From NCBI GenBank assembly GCA_013288235.1, contig JABDCF010000003.1, positions 13,133-77,132 on the forward strand: a DNA stretch of 64,000 nt, read 5' to 3'. The stretch is from Bacteroidota bacterium. GTDB taxonomy: Bacteria; Bacteroidota; Bacteroidia; Sphingobacteriales; Sphingobacteriaceae. Shown one piece after another: positions 18,522-28,180 of this stretch. Numbering within the stretch: position 1 is the first letter of the stretch; each line of letters opens with the position of its first letter. Under the pieces are notes generated by a model, which was not told where the DNA came from, made no database searches, and saw only the letters and a list, made by a program, of their open reading frames with translations. Position numbers and translations under genes: made by a program.

Positions 18522-19994
18522 ATGAGCAAAGGGGTTGTAAGTAAAGAAGAAGATTATTCGCAATGGTATAATGACTTGGTGATAAAAGCCGATATGGCCG
18601 AATATTCGCCGGTAAAAGGGTGCATGATCATTAAGCCGTATGGCTATTCTATCTGGGAAAAAATGCAGGCGGTGCTTGATGGTATGTTTAAAGAAACCGG
18701 TCACAGCAATGCTTATTTCCCGCTATTTATACCCAAATCCTTTTTCTCGAAAGAAGCAAGCCACGTGGATGGTTTCGCTAAAGAATGTGCCGTAGTAACC
18801 CATTACCGTTTAAAAAACGATGGTAACGGCAATATCGTGGTGGATGAAGATGCAAAGCTGGAAGAAGAACTGATCGTTCGTCCAACATCGGAAACTATTA
18901 TATGGAACACTTACAAAGGCTGGATACAATCGTACCGCGACTTGCCATTACTGATCAACCAATGGGCAAACGTAGTGCGCTGGGAAATGCGTACGCGTAT
19001 GTTTTTACGCACCACGGAATTTTTATGGCAGGAAGGCCACACCGCCCATGCCACCGCCGATGAAGCCATAGCCGAAACCGAACAAATGTTAAACGTATAC
19101 GCCGATTTTGTTGAAAATTGGTTAGCCCTGCCGGTTATACGCGGTAGAAAAACGCCAAACGAACGTTTTGCCGGTGCATTGGATACTTATTGCATTGAGG
19201 CGCTGATGCAGGATGGAAAAGCGCTGCAGGCAGGCACATCGCACTTTTTAGGGCAGAATTTTGCAAAGGCATTTGATGTAAAATTCACCAATAAAGAAAA
19301 TAAGCTCGATTACGTTTGGGCAACTTCATGGGGTGTATCAACCCGTTTGATAGGCGCTTTGATAATGGCGCATTCGGATGATGCTGGTCTTGTACTGCCG
19401 CCAAAACTGGCGCCTATACAAGTGGTGGTTGTGCCGATATATAAGCACGACGAGGAACTGGAAAATATTTCAGGCTTTGTAGCAACCCTTACCAAAGAAC
19501 TGAAGGCAAAAAACATCTCGGTAAAATTTGATAAACGCGATACCCATCGCCCCGGCGCTAAGTTTGCAGAATACGAATTAAAGGGTGTGCCTTTACGCGT
19601 AGCTATAGGTAGCCGTGATATGCAAAACGGCACGGTTGAGCTTGCACGCCGTGATACAAAAACCAAGGAAACAGTAAGCCAGGAAGGTTTAACAGCCCGT
19701 ATTGAACAGCTTTTAGAGGAAATACAACAAAACATTTATCAAAAAGCCCTGAAGTTTAAAACGGAGAACACCACCGAGGTTGACAGCTACGATGAATTTA
19801 AACGTATGCTTGACGAAGAGCCCGGCTTTTTATCAGCCCATTGGGACGGCACACCCGAAACCGAGCAACAAATAAAAGATGAAACTAAGGCGACAATCCG
19901 TTGCATACCTTTGGATAATAAGCAGGAAGAAGGAAAATGCATACTTACCGGGAAGCCGTCGAGCCAAAGGGTGATATTTGCGAGAGCTTATTAA
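18522..19994 (+). CDS. proS: Proline--tRNA ligase (eukaryote/archaeal type)
   Basis: [33 protein letters not shown] and C-terminal FARAY. TAAATTTG at 18479-18486. Confidence 0.97.
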   Translation: MSKGVVSKEEDYSQWYNDLVIKADMAEYSPVKGCMIIKPYGYSIWEKMQAVLDGMFKETGHSNAYFPLFIPKSFFSKEASHVDGFAKECAVVTHYRLKNDGNGNIVVDEDAKLEEELIVRPTSETIIWNTYKGWIQSYRDLPLLINQWANVVRWEMRTRMFLRTTEFLWQEGHTAHATADEAIAETEQMLNVYADFVENWLALPVIRGRKTPNERFAGALDTYCIEALMQDGKALQAGTSHFLGQNFAKAFDVKFTNKENKLDYVWATSWGVSTRLIGALIMAHSDDAGLVLPPKLAPIQVVVVPIYKHDEELENISGFVATLTKELKAKNISVKFDKRDTHRPGAKFAEYELKGVPLRVAIGSRDMQNGTVELARRDTKTKETVSQEGLTARIEQLLEEIQQNIYQKALKFKTENTTEVDSYDEFKRMLDEEPGFLSAHWDGTPETEQQIKDETKATIRCIPLDNKQEEGKCILTGKPSSQRVIFARAY

Positions 19995-19995
19995 T

Positions 19996-20120
19996 TGTTG
20001 AAAGGTTGAAATGTTGTAAAGTTGGAATGTTGGTTTGCTATTAATCGAAAAAAACATCTTCATTTAACTTTACAATATTTCAAATAACCTTACAACATTT
20101 CAACTTTACAACATTCCAAC
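19996..20120. repeat. Inverted tandem 8-mer element, family E (GTTGNAAN/TTNCAAC)
   Basis: GTTGAAAG GTTGAAAT GTTGTAAA GTTGGAAT ... AACATTTCAACTTTACAACATTCCAAC. Confidence 0.85.
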
Positions 20121-20131
20121 AAATTACACAC

Positions 20132-21271
20132 ATGAAATTTGCAACTAAGGCAATACACGCCGGACAAGAACCTGACCCTACAACCGGTGCCGTGATGACA
20201 CCGATATACCAAACATCAACCTACTGGCAAAAATCGCCGGGGGATAATAAGGGATACGAATATTCGCGCGGAACAAATCCTACACGTAAAGCATTGGAAA
20301 ATTGCCTGGCTGCATTGGAAAATGCAAAATTCGGGCTTGCTTTTTCGAGCGGCATGGGCGCTACGGATGCCGTGATGAAGCTGTTGTTGCCTGGCGATGA
20401 AGTAATTACCGGGAACGACCTTTACGGTGGCTCGTACCGGATATTTACAAAGGTGTTTGCTAATTATGGTATCAAGTTTCATTTTCTTGACCTGTCAAAC
20501 CCTGAAATTATCAGGGATTACACAAATGAAAACACCAAACTCATCTGGATAGAAACGCCTACCAATCCGACGATGCAGATTGTTGACATTGAGGCTGTAG
20601 CTAAGATCAGTAAAGAGAAAAACGTTCTTTTAGCGGTTGATAATACATTTGCTTCGCCATACCTGCAAAACCCAATCGATTTGGGGGCTGATATCGTGAT
20701 GCATTCCGTAACCAAGTATATTGGCGGACACAGCGATGTGGTAATGGGCGCTTTAATGCTGAATGATGAAGACCTGTACAAAAGACTTTGGTTTATTTAC
20801 AACGCCTGCGGCGCAACACCCGGGCCGCATGATAGCTTTTTGGTATTGCGCGGTATTAAAACCCTGCACCTGCGTATGAAAGCGCATTGCGAGAATGGTC
20901 GTATAATAGCTGAATTTTTAAAAAATCACCCCAAAGTTGATAAAATATACTGGCCGGGCTTTACCGACCATCCAAACCATAATATTGCCAAAAAGCAAAT
21001 GCTGGATTTTGGCGGGATGATATCCATCACGCTAAAAGGCGCCGATTTAAAAGAAACCTTCCGTGTGGCTTCATCTTTTAAAGTATTTGCTCTCGCCGAA
21101 TCATTAGGCGGTGTAGAATCATTAATAAACCACCCGGTAAGCATGACACACGGCTCCATACCAAAAGCAGAAAGGGAAAAAGCTGGTGTAGTTGATAACC
21201 TGCTGCGTTTGAGCGTAGGGGTGGAGGATGTGGATGATTTGCTGGAGGATTTGGCGCAAGCACTTGCCTGA
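20132..21271 (+). CDS. Cystathionine gamma-lyase/synthase family (PLP)
   Basis: YEYSRGTNPT, ETPTNP, DNTFASP, HSVTKYIGGHSD, AESLGGVESL. Confidence 0.93.
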   Translation: MKFATKAIHAGQEPDPTTGAVMTPIYQTSTYWQKSPGDNKGYEYSRGTNPTRKALENCLAALENAKFGLAFSSGMGATDAVMKLLLPGDEVITGNDLYGGSYRIFTKVFANYGIKFHFLDLSNPEIIRDYTNENTKLIWIETPTNPTMQIVDIEAVAKISKEKNVLLAVDNTFASPYLQNPIDLGADIVMHSVTKYIGGHSDVVMGALMLNDEDLYKRLWFIYNACGATPGPHDSFLVLRGIKTLHLRMKAHCENGRIIAEFLKNHPKVDKIYWPGFTDHPNHNIAKKQMLDFGGMISITLKGADLKETFRVASSFKVFALAESLGGVESLINHPVSMTHGSIPKAEREKAGVVDNLLRLSVGVEDVDDLLEDLAQALA

Positions 21272-21273
21272 CA

Positions 21274-21349
21274 AGTTGCAGTAAATAGTAGCAGTAGCAG
21301 GTTTTTATTATAGCTTGCCTAAAACAAAAGTGCCACTGCTACTGCCACT
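21274..21349. repeat. Short inverted tandem 6-mer element (GCAGTA/TACTGC)
   Basis: GTTGCAGT...AGTAGCAGTAGCAG ... TGCCACTGCTACTGCCACT. Confidence 0.55.
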
Positions 21350-21359
21350 TAAAACCTAT

Positions 21360-22187
21360 ATGGACATTACAGATATAAAGGCTTTCCTCGATTCAAAAGT
21401 AATTCAGTACAATACTCCTGGCTTCATTCCAAACGACCCTATTTCCATACCGCACCTTTTCAAAAAAAAGCAGGATATAGAAATCATGGGCCTGTGGGCA
21501 GCAGTACTGGCGTGGGGACAGCGGGTGACCATCATCAACAAATGCCACGAACTTATTAACCTAATGGATGGTGCACCTTATGATTTTATCACCAACCACC
21601 AGGAAACCGATCTTAAAAAGCTGTTAAAATTTAAGCACCGTACCTTTAATGATGTGGACACGCTGTATTTTATTTCGTTTTTTAAGTATCACTATTCAAA
21701 TCACAAATCATTAGAAGAAGCATTTTTACCCACCCCGTTTGTCATGGGTAGCGATAGCGAAGGATCTTCTAAAAGCAATATTAACGCCAATGTTTCAGCA
21801 GCAGAGCCTATCGAAAAATACCTTAACCATTTCCGTTCCTACTTTTTTTCGTTGCCTGATTATCCTCATCGTACCAAAAAACATATCTCCTCACCATCGC
21901 AAAAATCAACCTGCAAACGGTTAAATATGTTTTTACGCTGGATGGTGCGCAAAGACGGTTGCGGTGTTGACTTTGGCATCTGGAACCATATAAAACCCTC
22001 AGAACTCATCTGCCCCTGCGACTTACATGTTGACCGCGTGGCCCGCAAGCTCAATTTAATTACCCGTAAACAAACCGATTGGCAAACTGCCGTTGAACTT
22101 ACCCAACAATTAAGGGAATTTGACGCGGTCGATCCCGTTAAATATGATTTTGCTTTATTTGCGCTCGGTATTGAGGAGAAATTTTAG
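21360..22187 (+). CDS. TIGR02757/DUF2400 family protein
   Basis: DPISIPH, AWGQR, SPSQKSTCKRLNMFLRWMVR, DPVKYDFALF. Carries a repeat-like insertion near 21740-21800. Confidence 0.9.
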   Translation: MDITDIKAFLDSKVIQYNTPGFIPNDPISIPHLFKKKQDIEIMGLWAAVLAWGQRVTIINKCHELINLMDGAPYDFITNHQETDLKKLLKFKHRTFNDVDTLYFISFFKYHYSNHKSLEEAFLPTPFVMGSDSEGSSKSNINANVSAAEPIEKYLNHFRSYFFSLPDYPHRTKKHISSPSQKSTCKRLNMFLRWMVRKDGCGVDFGIWNHIKPSELICPCDLHVDRVARKLNLITRKQTDWQTAVELTQQLREFDAVDPVKYDFALFALGIEEKF

Positions 22188-22195
22188 TTTTTATT

Positions 22196-22254
22196 GATTT
22201 CACCGATTTTTGAAGAAGATTACACCGATTATTTTAAGAAGGATTTCACCGATT
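22196..22254. repeat. Three direct copies of GATT(T/A)CACCGATT
   Basis: Copies at 22196, 22218 and 22242. Confidence 0.8.
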
Positions 22255-22281
22255 TTAAAAACCCTTTACGCTAGATTGCAA

Positions 22282-23937
22282 TCATAGACTAACACCGGCT
22301 TTTGCTTCTGGTTTTAAAGTAAATGATACAATAGTATATGAGCTGTTTGTGAAAATCGCAGTGCTGTTTGCAAATGCAGGGTTTTTGTATTTGGCATAAT
22401 CATCATTTGCTAATAAAATATCATTTACATGATACTTGTAAAATAATTTAGCTACTGATGGCGATGCGGCTGTTGAGTCTGTTAAATAATTAAGCATATC
22501 AACCCTGTCTTTTTCGCGCTGATCATAGCTCACATAAGGGTTCGAGAAATAAGTTTCTACAGATACCATCTTGATCGCCGTAGGCATAACCGGGAAAAGC
22601 GACAAGCCATGCGGGCAAAGCATTACATTATCAAGCGGAACGTTTTTTACAATGAAATTGTACACCTCTATTTTATCTGTCTCCTTCTCTTTTCCAAGCG
22701 CCTGCTGTCTTAATTCCACAAAATCAACCCTGTTACTATAAATAGGATAATATACTAACGCATATAATAAAACGGCGGCTATTACCAGGTTATCAGAAAA
22801 GGCCATTTTAAAGCTTTTACGCTTGCTTTGTAGCCATCCCCAAAACCAGGTGATCAAGAAAATGAACCCAAAGCCAAAGAAAATAGATTGCAATGCTTTC
22901 AGATAAAAGAAATAATGGAATGCGGGAATGGTATCCGGCAGATGAATATGCAGTATGCCGTCGACGGTAGGTACGGCAGACTCATAAACATACATCACCG
23001 CGCAAATGAAAAGCCAGTTCCATACCAGTTTGCGGAGCAGCGGGTTTTGGAATTTTTTATAAAACCATACGATGCCGATCACTGAAATAATCAGCGAAAA
23101 AGTAACATTCAATTTAAGCAGTTGCAGCGTTAGCTTGCGTGCAAATATGCCCGGTGCACATTCAAGAATGGCATGATTGATAAAATGCAAATGATATTTG
23201 CCATAAACATAGTACAGGAAAGGGAAGGCGAATATTATAAAAGGGACAATTGTTAAACCTCCCTGCAAAAAATATTTACCCACAGCAGCATATTCCTTTT
23301 GTTTTAAAACTATAATAACATTTTGGCCCTGAACGGAGATCATTATTAATATAATGATAAAAACCGGCGCCGAATGCCCCAGAAAAGTCAGGCCGAGTGA
23401 TGCGCCTAAAATTATAAACCAGTACATTTTCTGCTCGGAAAATGCCTTGTAGCAAAAAAAGAAGGTTATATAAAACAAAAACTGCGAAAAGGTATCGGAA
23501 ACAAGCCATGGCGAATAGGTAGCTGCCCCCCAGCATGGCAGGTTGCCCGATATTAAAAAGAAAAAACAAAGCACCGATGCCAGGGCTATCCTGAAATCAA
23601 AAAGCTTTGCAACCATAAAGAAAAACGCGATAGGGCTCAGCAAATTTATAAAGGCACCTGCGCGGGCCACAACAACGTTAATAGGCAGGCCGGTTAATTT
23701 TACAGCCCCTGTCTCGAACCAAAAAAGCATTGGGTTATACCACATGTACTGGCCTGCCATGTTGGGATCTTTGCCATAATTGCCATCCAGCAGACTGCGG
23801 ATGTAGGCTATATCGCGATCGAAATCGGGCTCGTATGCCCAGTGCAGATCATGAATGGTGTTATAACACTGAATAAAAGCAGCAATCAACATTAAACCGA
23901 AGGCTAAAATGTACTTGTTGCTATCTTTTAATTGCAT
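22282..23937 (-). CDS. Polytopic membrane protein, possible GT-C-type glycosyltransferase
   Basis: Many hydrophobic segments, an acidic first loop (EPDFDRD), a WYNP motif and a soluble C-terminal domain. Confidence 0.5.
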   Translation of the reverse strand: MQLKDSNKYILAFGLMLIAAFIQCYNTIHDLHWAYEPDFDRDIAYIRSLLDGNYGKDPNMAGQYMWYNPMLFWFETGAVKLTGLPINVVVARAGAFINLLSPIAFFFMVAKLFDFRIALASVLCFFFLISGNLPCWGAATYSPWLVSDTFSQFLFYITFFFCYKAFSEQKMYWFIILGASLGLTFLGHSAPVFIIILIMISVQGQNVIIVLKQKEYAAVGKYFLQGGLTIVPFIIFAFPFLYYVYGKYHLHFINHAILECAPGIFARKLTLQLLKLNVTFSLIISVIGIVWFYKKFQNPLLRKLVWNWLFICAVMYVYESAVPTVDGILHIHLPDTIPAFHYFFYLKALQSIFFGFGFIFLITWFWGWLQSKRKSFKMAFSDNLVIAAVLLYALVYYPIYSNRVDFVELRQQALGKEKETDKIEVYNFIVKNVPLDNVMLCPHGLSLFPVMPTAIKMVSVETYFSNPYVSYDQREKDRVDMLNYLTDSTAASPSVAKLFYKYHVNDILLANDDYAKYKNPAFANSTAIFTNSSYTIVSFTLKPEAKAGVSL

Positions 23938-24077
23938 ATGCAGGGGATTTAGTTGTGATCAATGGGGGCCTGGCTTAAAATGCAAAAATATACAAATTAA
24001 TACATATACTATTGAGCGCCAATGTAATTTTATAGATAGAAACGGGGAATTTGAATAATTAATAGCAGCGTTTTTAT

Positions 24078-24662
24078 TCAAATCAATAGCTTATTAATTT
24101 CGGCATATTGCAGAAGCATAATGGTTTTTGCATCTTTTATCTCGCCTGTTTTAATCATATCCAAAGCTTTTGTAAAAGGGAGTTCAAGTACTTCGATGTT
24201 TTCGTGCTCATCATGCGCCCCGCCGCCGTCGCCCACTTTCATGTCCTTATTATACTCGGCTACAAAAAAATATAAAATTTCGGTTACCGACCCCGGCGAC
24301 ATATAAGCCTCAAATACTTTTTTTACATCGGTAACTTTATAACCGGTTTCTTCTTCTGTTTCTTTTCTAATGCAATCCTCCGGATTGTCTTTATCCAACA
24401 GGCCGGCGCAGCACTCTATCAGGTAGCCGCTTTTATTGCCATTTACGTAAGTTGGCATACGGAACTGGCGGGTTAATATTACTGATTCTTTAACTTTATT
24501 ATAGAGCAATATTGTTGCTCCGTTGCCCCTGTCATACGCTTCGCGGGATAGGTTTTCCCATACGCCATTGTTATTGAAGTATTGATATTTTATCTTTTTT
24601 AAGATGTACCAATTGTCCGATAGTATTTCGGTCTCCATATGTCTTACTCTTTCATTTTCCAT
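24078..24662 (-). CDS. nudK: GDP-mannose pyrophosphatase (Nudix)
   Basis: LSDNWY.L, REAYDRGNGATILLYN, Nudix box AGLLD...ETEEETG and DAKTIMLLQY. Confidence 0.92.
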   Translation of the reverse strand: MENERVRHMETEILSDNWYILKKIKYQYFNNNGVWENLSREAYDRGNGATILLYNKVKESVILTRQFRMPTYVNGNKSGYLIECCAGLLDKDNPEDCIRKETEEETGYKVTDVKKVFEAYMSPGSVTEILYFFVAEYNKDMKVGDGGGAHDEHENIEVLELPFTKALDMIKTGEIKDAKTIMLLQYAEINKLLI

Positions 24663-24699
24663 GTGCTATTATGATTAAGAGGTGGCGTTTTTATAATAA

Positions 24700-25239
24700 T
24701 TAACCAGGGCTTTTGAAAAACGAAAATGACGAATGACCGTACTTCCGCTGCTCTACAAACGCAGGGTGGTTGCTTAAATTTTGCAGGGATTGATGTTCAA
24801 CTATTAATAGGCCATCGGGCAATAGCATGTTTTTATCAAAAACTATCTTTGGTATATCAGGAATCCGGTTAAGGTCATAAGGGGGATCGGCAAATACCAG
24901 GTCGAATTGTTCCGTTTCAAGTTGCAGGTATTTAAATACATCATCTTTATATGCTTTTACCTGGTTTAGGCCGTGCTGCTTTGCGGTATCTTTTAAATAA
25001 TGAATGCATTGTATACTGCGGTCAACTGACACAACCTGTTCAGCACCGCGCGAGGCAAATTCAAGGGAAATATTTCCTGTCCCGCTAAAAAGGTCAAGTA
25101 CTTTTATGCCTTCAAATTCAATTTGGTTTTGCAGGATGTTGAATAATGCTTCTTTCGCCAGGTCGGTCGTTGGGCGGACAGGCAGGTTTTTAGGTGGATT
25201 TAACCTTAAACCCCTCAGTGCTCCTCCGATGATCCGCAT
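24700..25239 (-). CDS. rsmD: 16S rRNA m2G966 methyltransferase
   Basis: MRIIGG, RPTTD..KEALFN, DLFSGTG, DPPY. Confidence 0.93.
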   Translation of the reverse strand: MRIIGGALRGLRLNPPKNLPVRPTTDLAKEALFNILQNQIEFEGIKVLDLFSGTGNISLEFASRGAEQVVSVDRSIQCIHYLKDTAKQHGLNQVKAYKDDVFKYLQLETEQFDLVFADPPYDLNRIPDIPKIVFDKNMLLPDGLLIVEHQSLQNLSNHPAFVEQRKYGHSSFSFFKSPG

Positions 25240-26027
25240 AACGATAAGGCGGCAAGCGCCAGGAATTTATGTGATGGTATCTGGCCTGGCAGCTCGAGTA
25301 TTTTTAACCCGTTTATTTCAATTTTTGGATAAAAATCGCCAAGCCGTTTCATGTTTTTATCGCCAACAGCAATATCGCCGCTTAAAACCAGGGTAGTTTG
25401 CTGAGGTTTTAGCTTAAGTTCTTCGGCAACAAATGAAGTAAAATAGGCCAGCTCATCTTCATTTTTATACTCAAAGGCATTGTAAAAACGTAATTTGCCT
25501 GCCGAAAAATATAGAAACTGTACATTATCTTTCCCAACTTCCACATATAAATTGCTATCGGGCGGGTTGCTGTTTGCAATGGCTTTTACCCAGCCCTGTG
25601 CGGTATAAACAGTGTTTTGAAGGTTGAATTTTTCCACAGCCGCAACTAATTCATCCTTAGTTTTATAAATAATGATATTTTGGTCGTCAAGTGTTTGTGC
25701 GAAAACTTTTTCGTTCTCCTTCACATCCAGCAAACGGGCAAATTCAGCAATAAATTCCTCGTTGAATAAGGGCTTAGGTACCAGCGTTAAAGCAACTGCA
25801 GGCATGCCGATAATAACGTTTTTATACGTTGCCGTTAATAATTCGCTTAATTGTTTTGGGTGGGCCAACTCATCAAGGTCGCAGTTTTGGGCCGATACCA
25901 GCAAGCGATTACCATTAACCACAGCATAGCTAAATGTACTTGCCTCAACCTGTAATAATAAGGTATAGCTGTAAGCCTGGTACAGGTTAAAGCTTGTGTC
26001 GGTATAATTGTTACTGTGATCGTTCAT
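25215..26027 (-). CDS. DUF3822 family protein
   Basis: TLVP..LF, FYNAF...DELAYF and LSGDI; adjacent to rsmD as is common in Bacteroidota. Confidence 0.8.
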   Translation of the reverse strand: MNDHSNNYTDTSFNLYQAYSYTLLLQVEASTFSYAVVNGNRLLVSAQNCDLDELAHPKQLSELLTATYKNVIIGMPAVALTLVPKPLFNEEFIAEFARLLDVKENEKVFAQTLDDQNIIIYKTKDELVAAVEKFNLQNTVYTAQGWVKAIANSNPPDSNLYVEVGKDNVQFLYFSAGKLRFYNAFEYKNEDELAYFTSFVAEELKLKPQQTTLVLSGDIAVGDKNMKRLGDFYPKIEINGLKILELPGQIPSHKFLALAALSLCGSSEEH

Positions 26028-26107
26028 GCAGATAAGCAAAAGTAACTATTTTTTGTTATTTGCTACCTGTAATATTTATAACGATGTCGTTTTGGTTAAA
26101 TATATTT

Positions 26108-27340
26108 TTAAGCGGTCTCCGGTTGTGCCGAAACCTCCCGCCATGCAGGCTGGAGCAATTCGTGTTCTTTTACCGAAATATTTGTTTTTTTCAGTTTCTT
26201 ATAAAAACGCATCACGGCAGGCTGGAACCAGTTTTCGAGGCTGTATGCAATGGCTAAAATAATAGGCAGGCTAACAACGGCATACAGCAGCACATTATGA
26301 ATTAACCTTGAAAAAACAAACAACACGGTGTAATGGGTTATATATAGCGGATAGGAATATTTGCCCATAACAGGGCCTGTTTTGCTTATAAAACTTACCA
26401 CTTTGTTTTTTAAGTTTAACCGTTCGATCAAATATCCAATACCCATATATAAATAAGGGAAAGTGCTGTACACAATAGTATTTGTTAAAGGCATATAACG
26501 TATTGTTAATGCACAAATAACAAAAATGGTATGCGGTATTATTAAATAAATCATTTTAATTTTTTTGCCAGCCGGGGGCAGTTGTAAACAATACCTGAAA
26601 AAGGGAATGGCAAATATGGAAAAGATGAAATACTTTAAAGGATCGTAAAAATTAGCAGAAAATTGCATCCGCGAAATTAAGGGCAGTATGCCAAGCCCGA
26701 AAAGCACTGTATATTTTTCGGCATAAAAATAATTGCGGTATTGATAAATATAATAACCAACTATCCACACAGATGAAAATGCGAAAATGGCTATGATATG
26801 AGTAAACACGTCACGGTCTGTTTTTAAAAAGAAAAGCGGTATAGCTGTAAGCGCGATCATGAACCAACAAAATATTGCCTTTTTTTGGTTCCGGCCAATA
26901 GTGAATGCAAACATTATATAAAAGGCTACCTCGAATGACAGCGACCATACCGGGAGGTTGCTCTGTATACTTGGAACAACATAACCCATATAGTCCTTCA
27001 TAGTGCTAACCATAAAAAAGTTGCCCAGTATAACCTTTAGCGAGGGGAATGAAGTATTAGTAACATATAAAGCTATAAAAGCCAATAACATCCCCACAAT
27101 AAACTGTGGATATATCCGTATAAACCGGTTACTTAAAAACGCTTTGACAGGTTTAGGTTTATTAGTTTCAGAAAGGTTGATTACCAGCCCCGAAAGCATG
27201 AAAAACATGATCAATGCATCGGTACCCCAATAAGCCGTAAGCCTGGTAGGGTGGCCCGTTGGGGCCAGGAAAGCCATATGCCAACCTAAAATAAAAACTG
27301 TTGATATCCCTCTCAGGAACTCGAGGTAAATTTTCTTCAT
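26108..27340 (-). CDS. Acyltransferase_3 family membrane O-acyltransferase
   Basis: LEFLRG, FFMLSG, RFIRIYP, WSLSFEVAFY, SYPLYITH. Confidence 0.9.
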   Translation of the reverse strand: MKKIYLEFLRGISTVFILGWHMAFLAPTGHPTRLTAYWGTDALIMFFMLSGLVINLSETNKPKPVKAFLSNRFIRIYPQFIVGMLLAFIALYVTNTSFPSLKVILGNFFMVSTMKDYMGYVVPSIQSNLPVWSLSFEVAFYIMFAFTIGRNQKKAIFCWFMIALTAIPLFFLKTDRDVFTHIIAIFAFSSVWIVGYYIYQYRNYFYAEKYTVLFGLGILPLISRMQFSANFYDPLKYFIFSIFAIPFFRYCLQLPPAGKKIKMIYLIIPHTIFVICALTIRYMPLTNTIVYSTFPYLYMGIGYLIERLNLKNKVVSFISKTGPVMGKYSYPLYITHYTVLFVFSRLIHNVLLYAVVSLPIILAIAYSLENWFQPAVMRFYKKLKKTNISVKEHELLQPAWREVSAQPETA

Positions 27341-27539
27341 ATGCTTATAATCACCTTTTACGAAAAGCTTTTTATTATGTTCAGGTTATTTACCTGAAAT
27401 TTCAAGAAAAATACTTGTAGTGATACCTTTTGCAGTTCGGCAGGCCTGAAATGGTTTCAAAATTATGAAATGGTACAAACGGTTAGTTTTTTATATATTC
27501 ATCCCCGATTGCGATACTAAAAATGCCTGAACACCCCTA

Positions 27540-28037
27540 ATGAAAAATATCCACGAAAGCATAAGGCGGAATATTCTGCAATTGATAGATTTTTTTTATC
27601 CCCTTTTCAAAAAATGGTTCTCGCTGCAAACATTTCGTTATGCAGCCTGCGGAGGTTCAAATACATTATTGGATATTGTGCTCTTTTCTGTCGGCTATAA
27701 CTTTATTTTCAAAAAGCATGTCATAACCCTCGGATTTTTTAGTATGAGCCCGCATATTGCCGCGCTGTTTTTTGATTTGAGCATCACTATACCAACGGGC
27801 TTTTACTTAAACCGCTATGTTGTTTTTCAGCATGCGGGCCTAAAAGGGCATATTCAATTGTTCAGGTACCTTTTTGTGGTTGTTATCTGCATCATCTTCA
27901 ACTATATTTTTCTAAAATTCTTTGTTGATTATTTGGGCTGGTACCCAACGCCATCTAAAATTGTCACTACAGCTATTGTTGTAATTTTCAGCTATATCAG
28001 CCAAACGTTTTACTTTTTTAAGCCAAAGACGAAATAA
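27540..28037 (+). CDS. GtrA family protein
   Basis: FRYAACGGSNT, NRYVVF and four TM-like segments. Confidence 0.85.
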   Translation: MKNIHESIRRNILQLIDFFYPLFKKWFSLQTFRYAACGGSNTLLDIVLFSVGYNFIFKKHVITLGFFSMSPHIAALFFDLSITIPTGFYLNRYVVFQHAGLKGHIQLFRYLFVVVICIIFNYIFLKFFVDYLGWYPTPSKIVTTAIVVIFSYISQTFYFFKPKTK

Positions 28038-28044
28038 TTAGTTT

Positions 28045-28177
28045 AATGGTTGATAAGTTGGATTGGGTTGATTAAGTTATATCATTATATAATTTATAAA
28101 TTTACCGATCAACATAGATAAGCAATGGACAGGCTGGCTAATTGTACCATCAACAACCATTCACCTAATCAACTAAC
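28045..28177. repeat. Family A inverted tandem 9-mer element
   Basis: GGTTGATAAGTTGGATTGGGTTGATTAAGTT ... ACCATTCACCTAATCAAC at 28156-28173. Confidence 0.75.
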
Positions 28178-28180
28178 ACA

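Noticed and set aside
22196-22254. Possible mini-CRISPR
   Set aside because: The repeats are only 13 bp, the spacers are 9-11 nt and similar to each other, and no cas genes are present.
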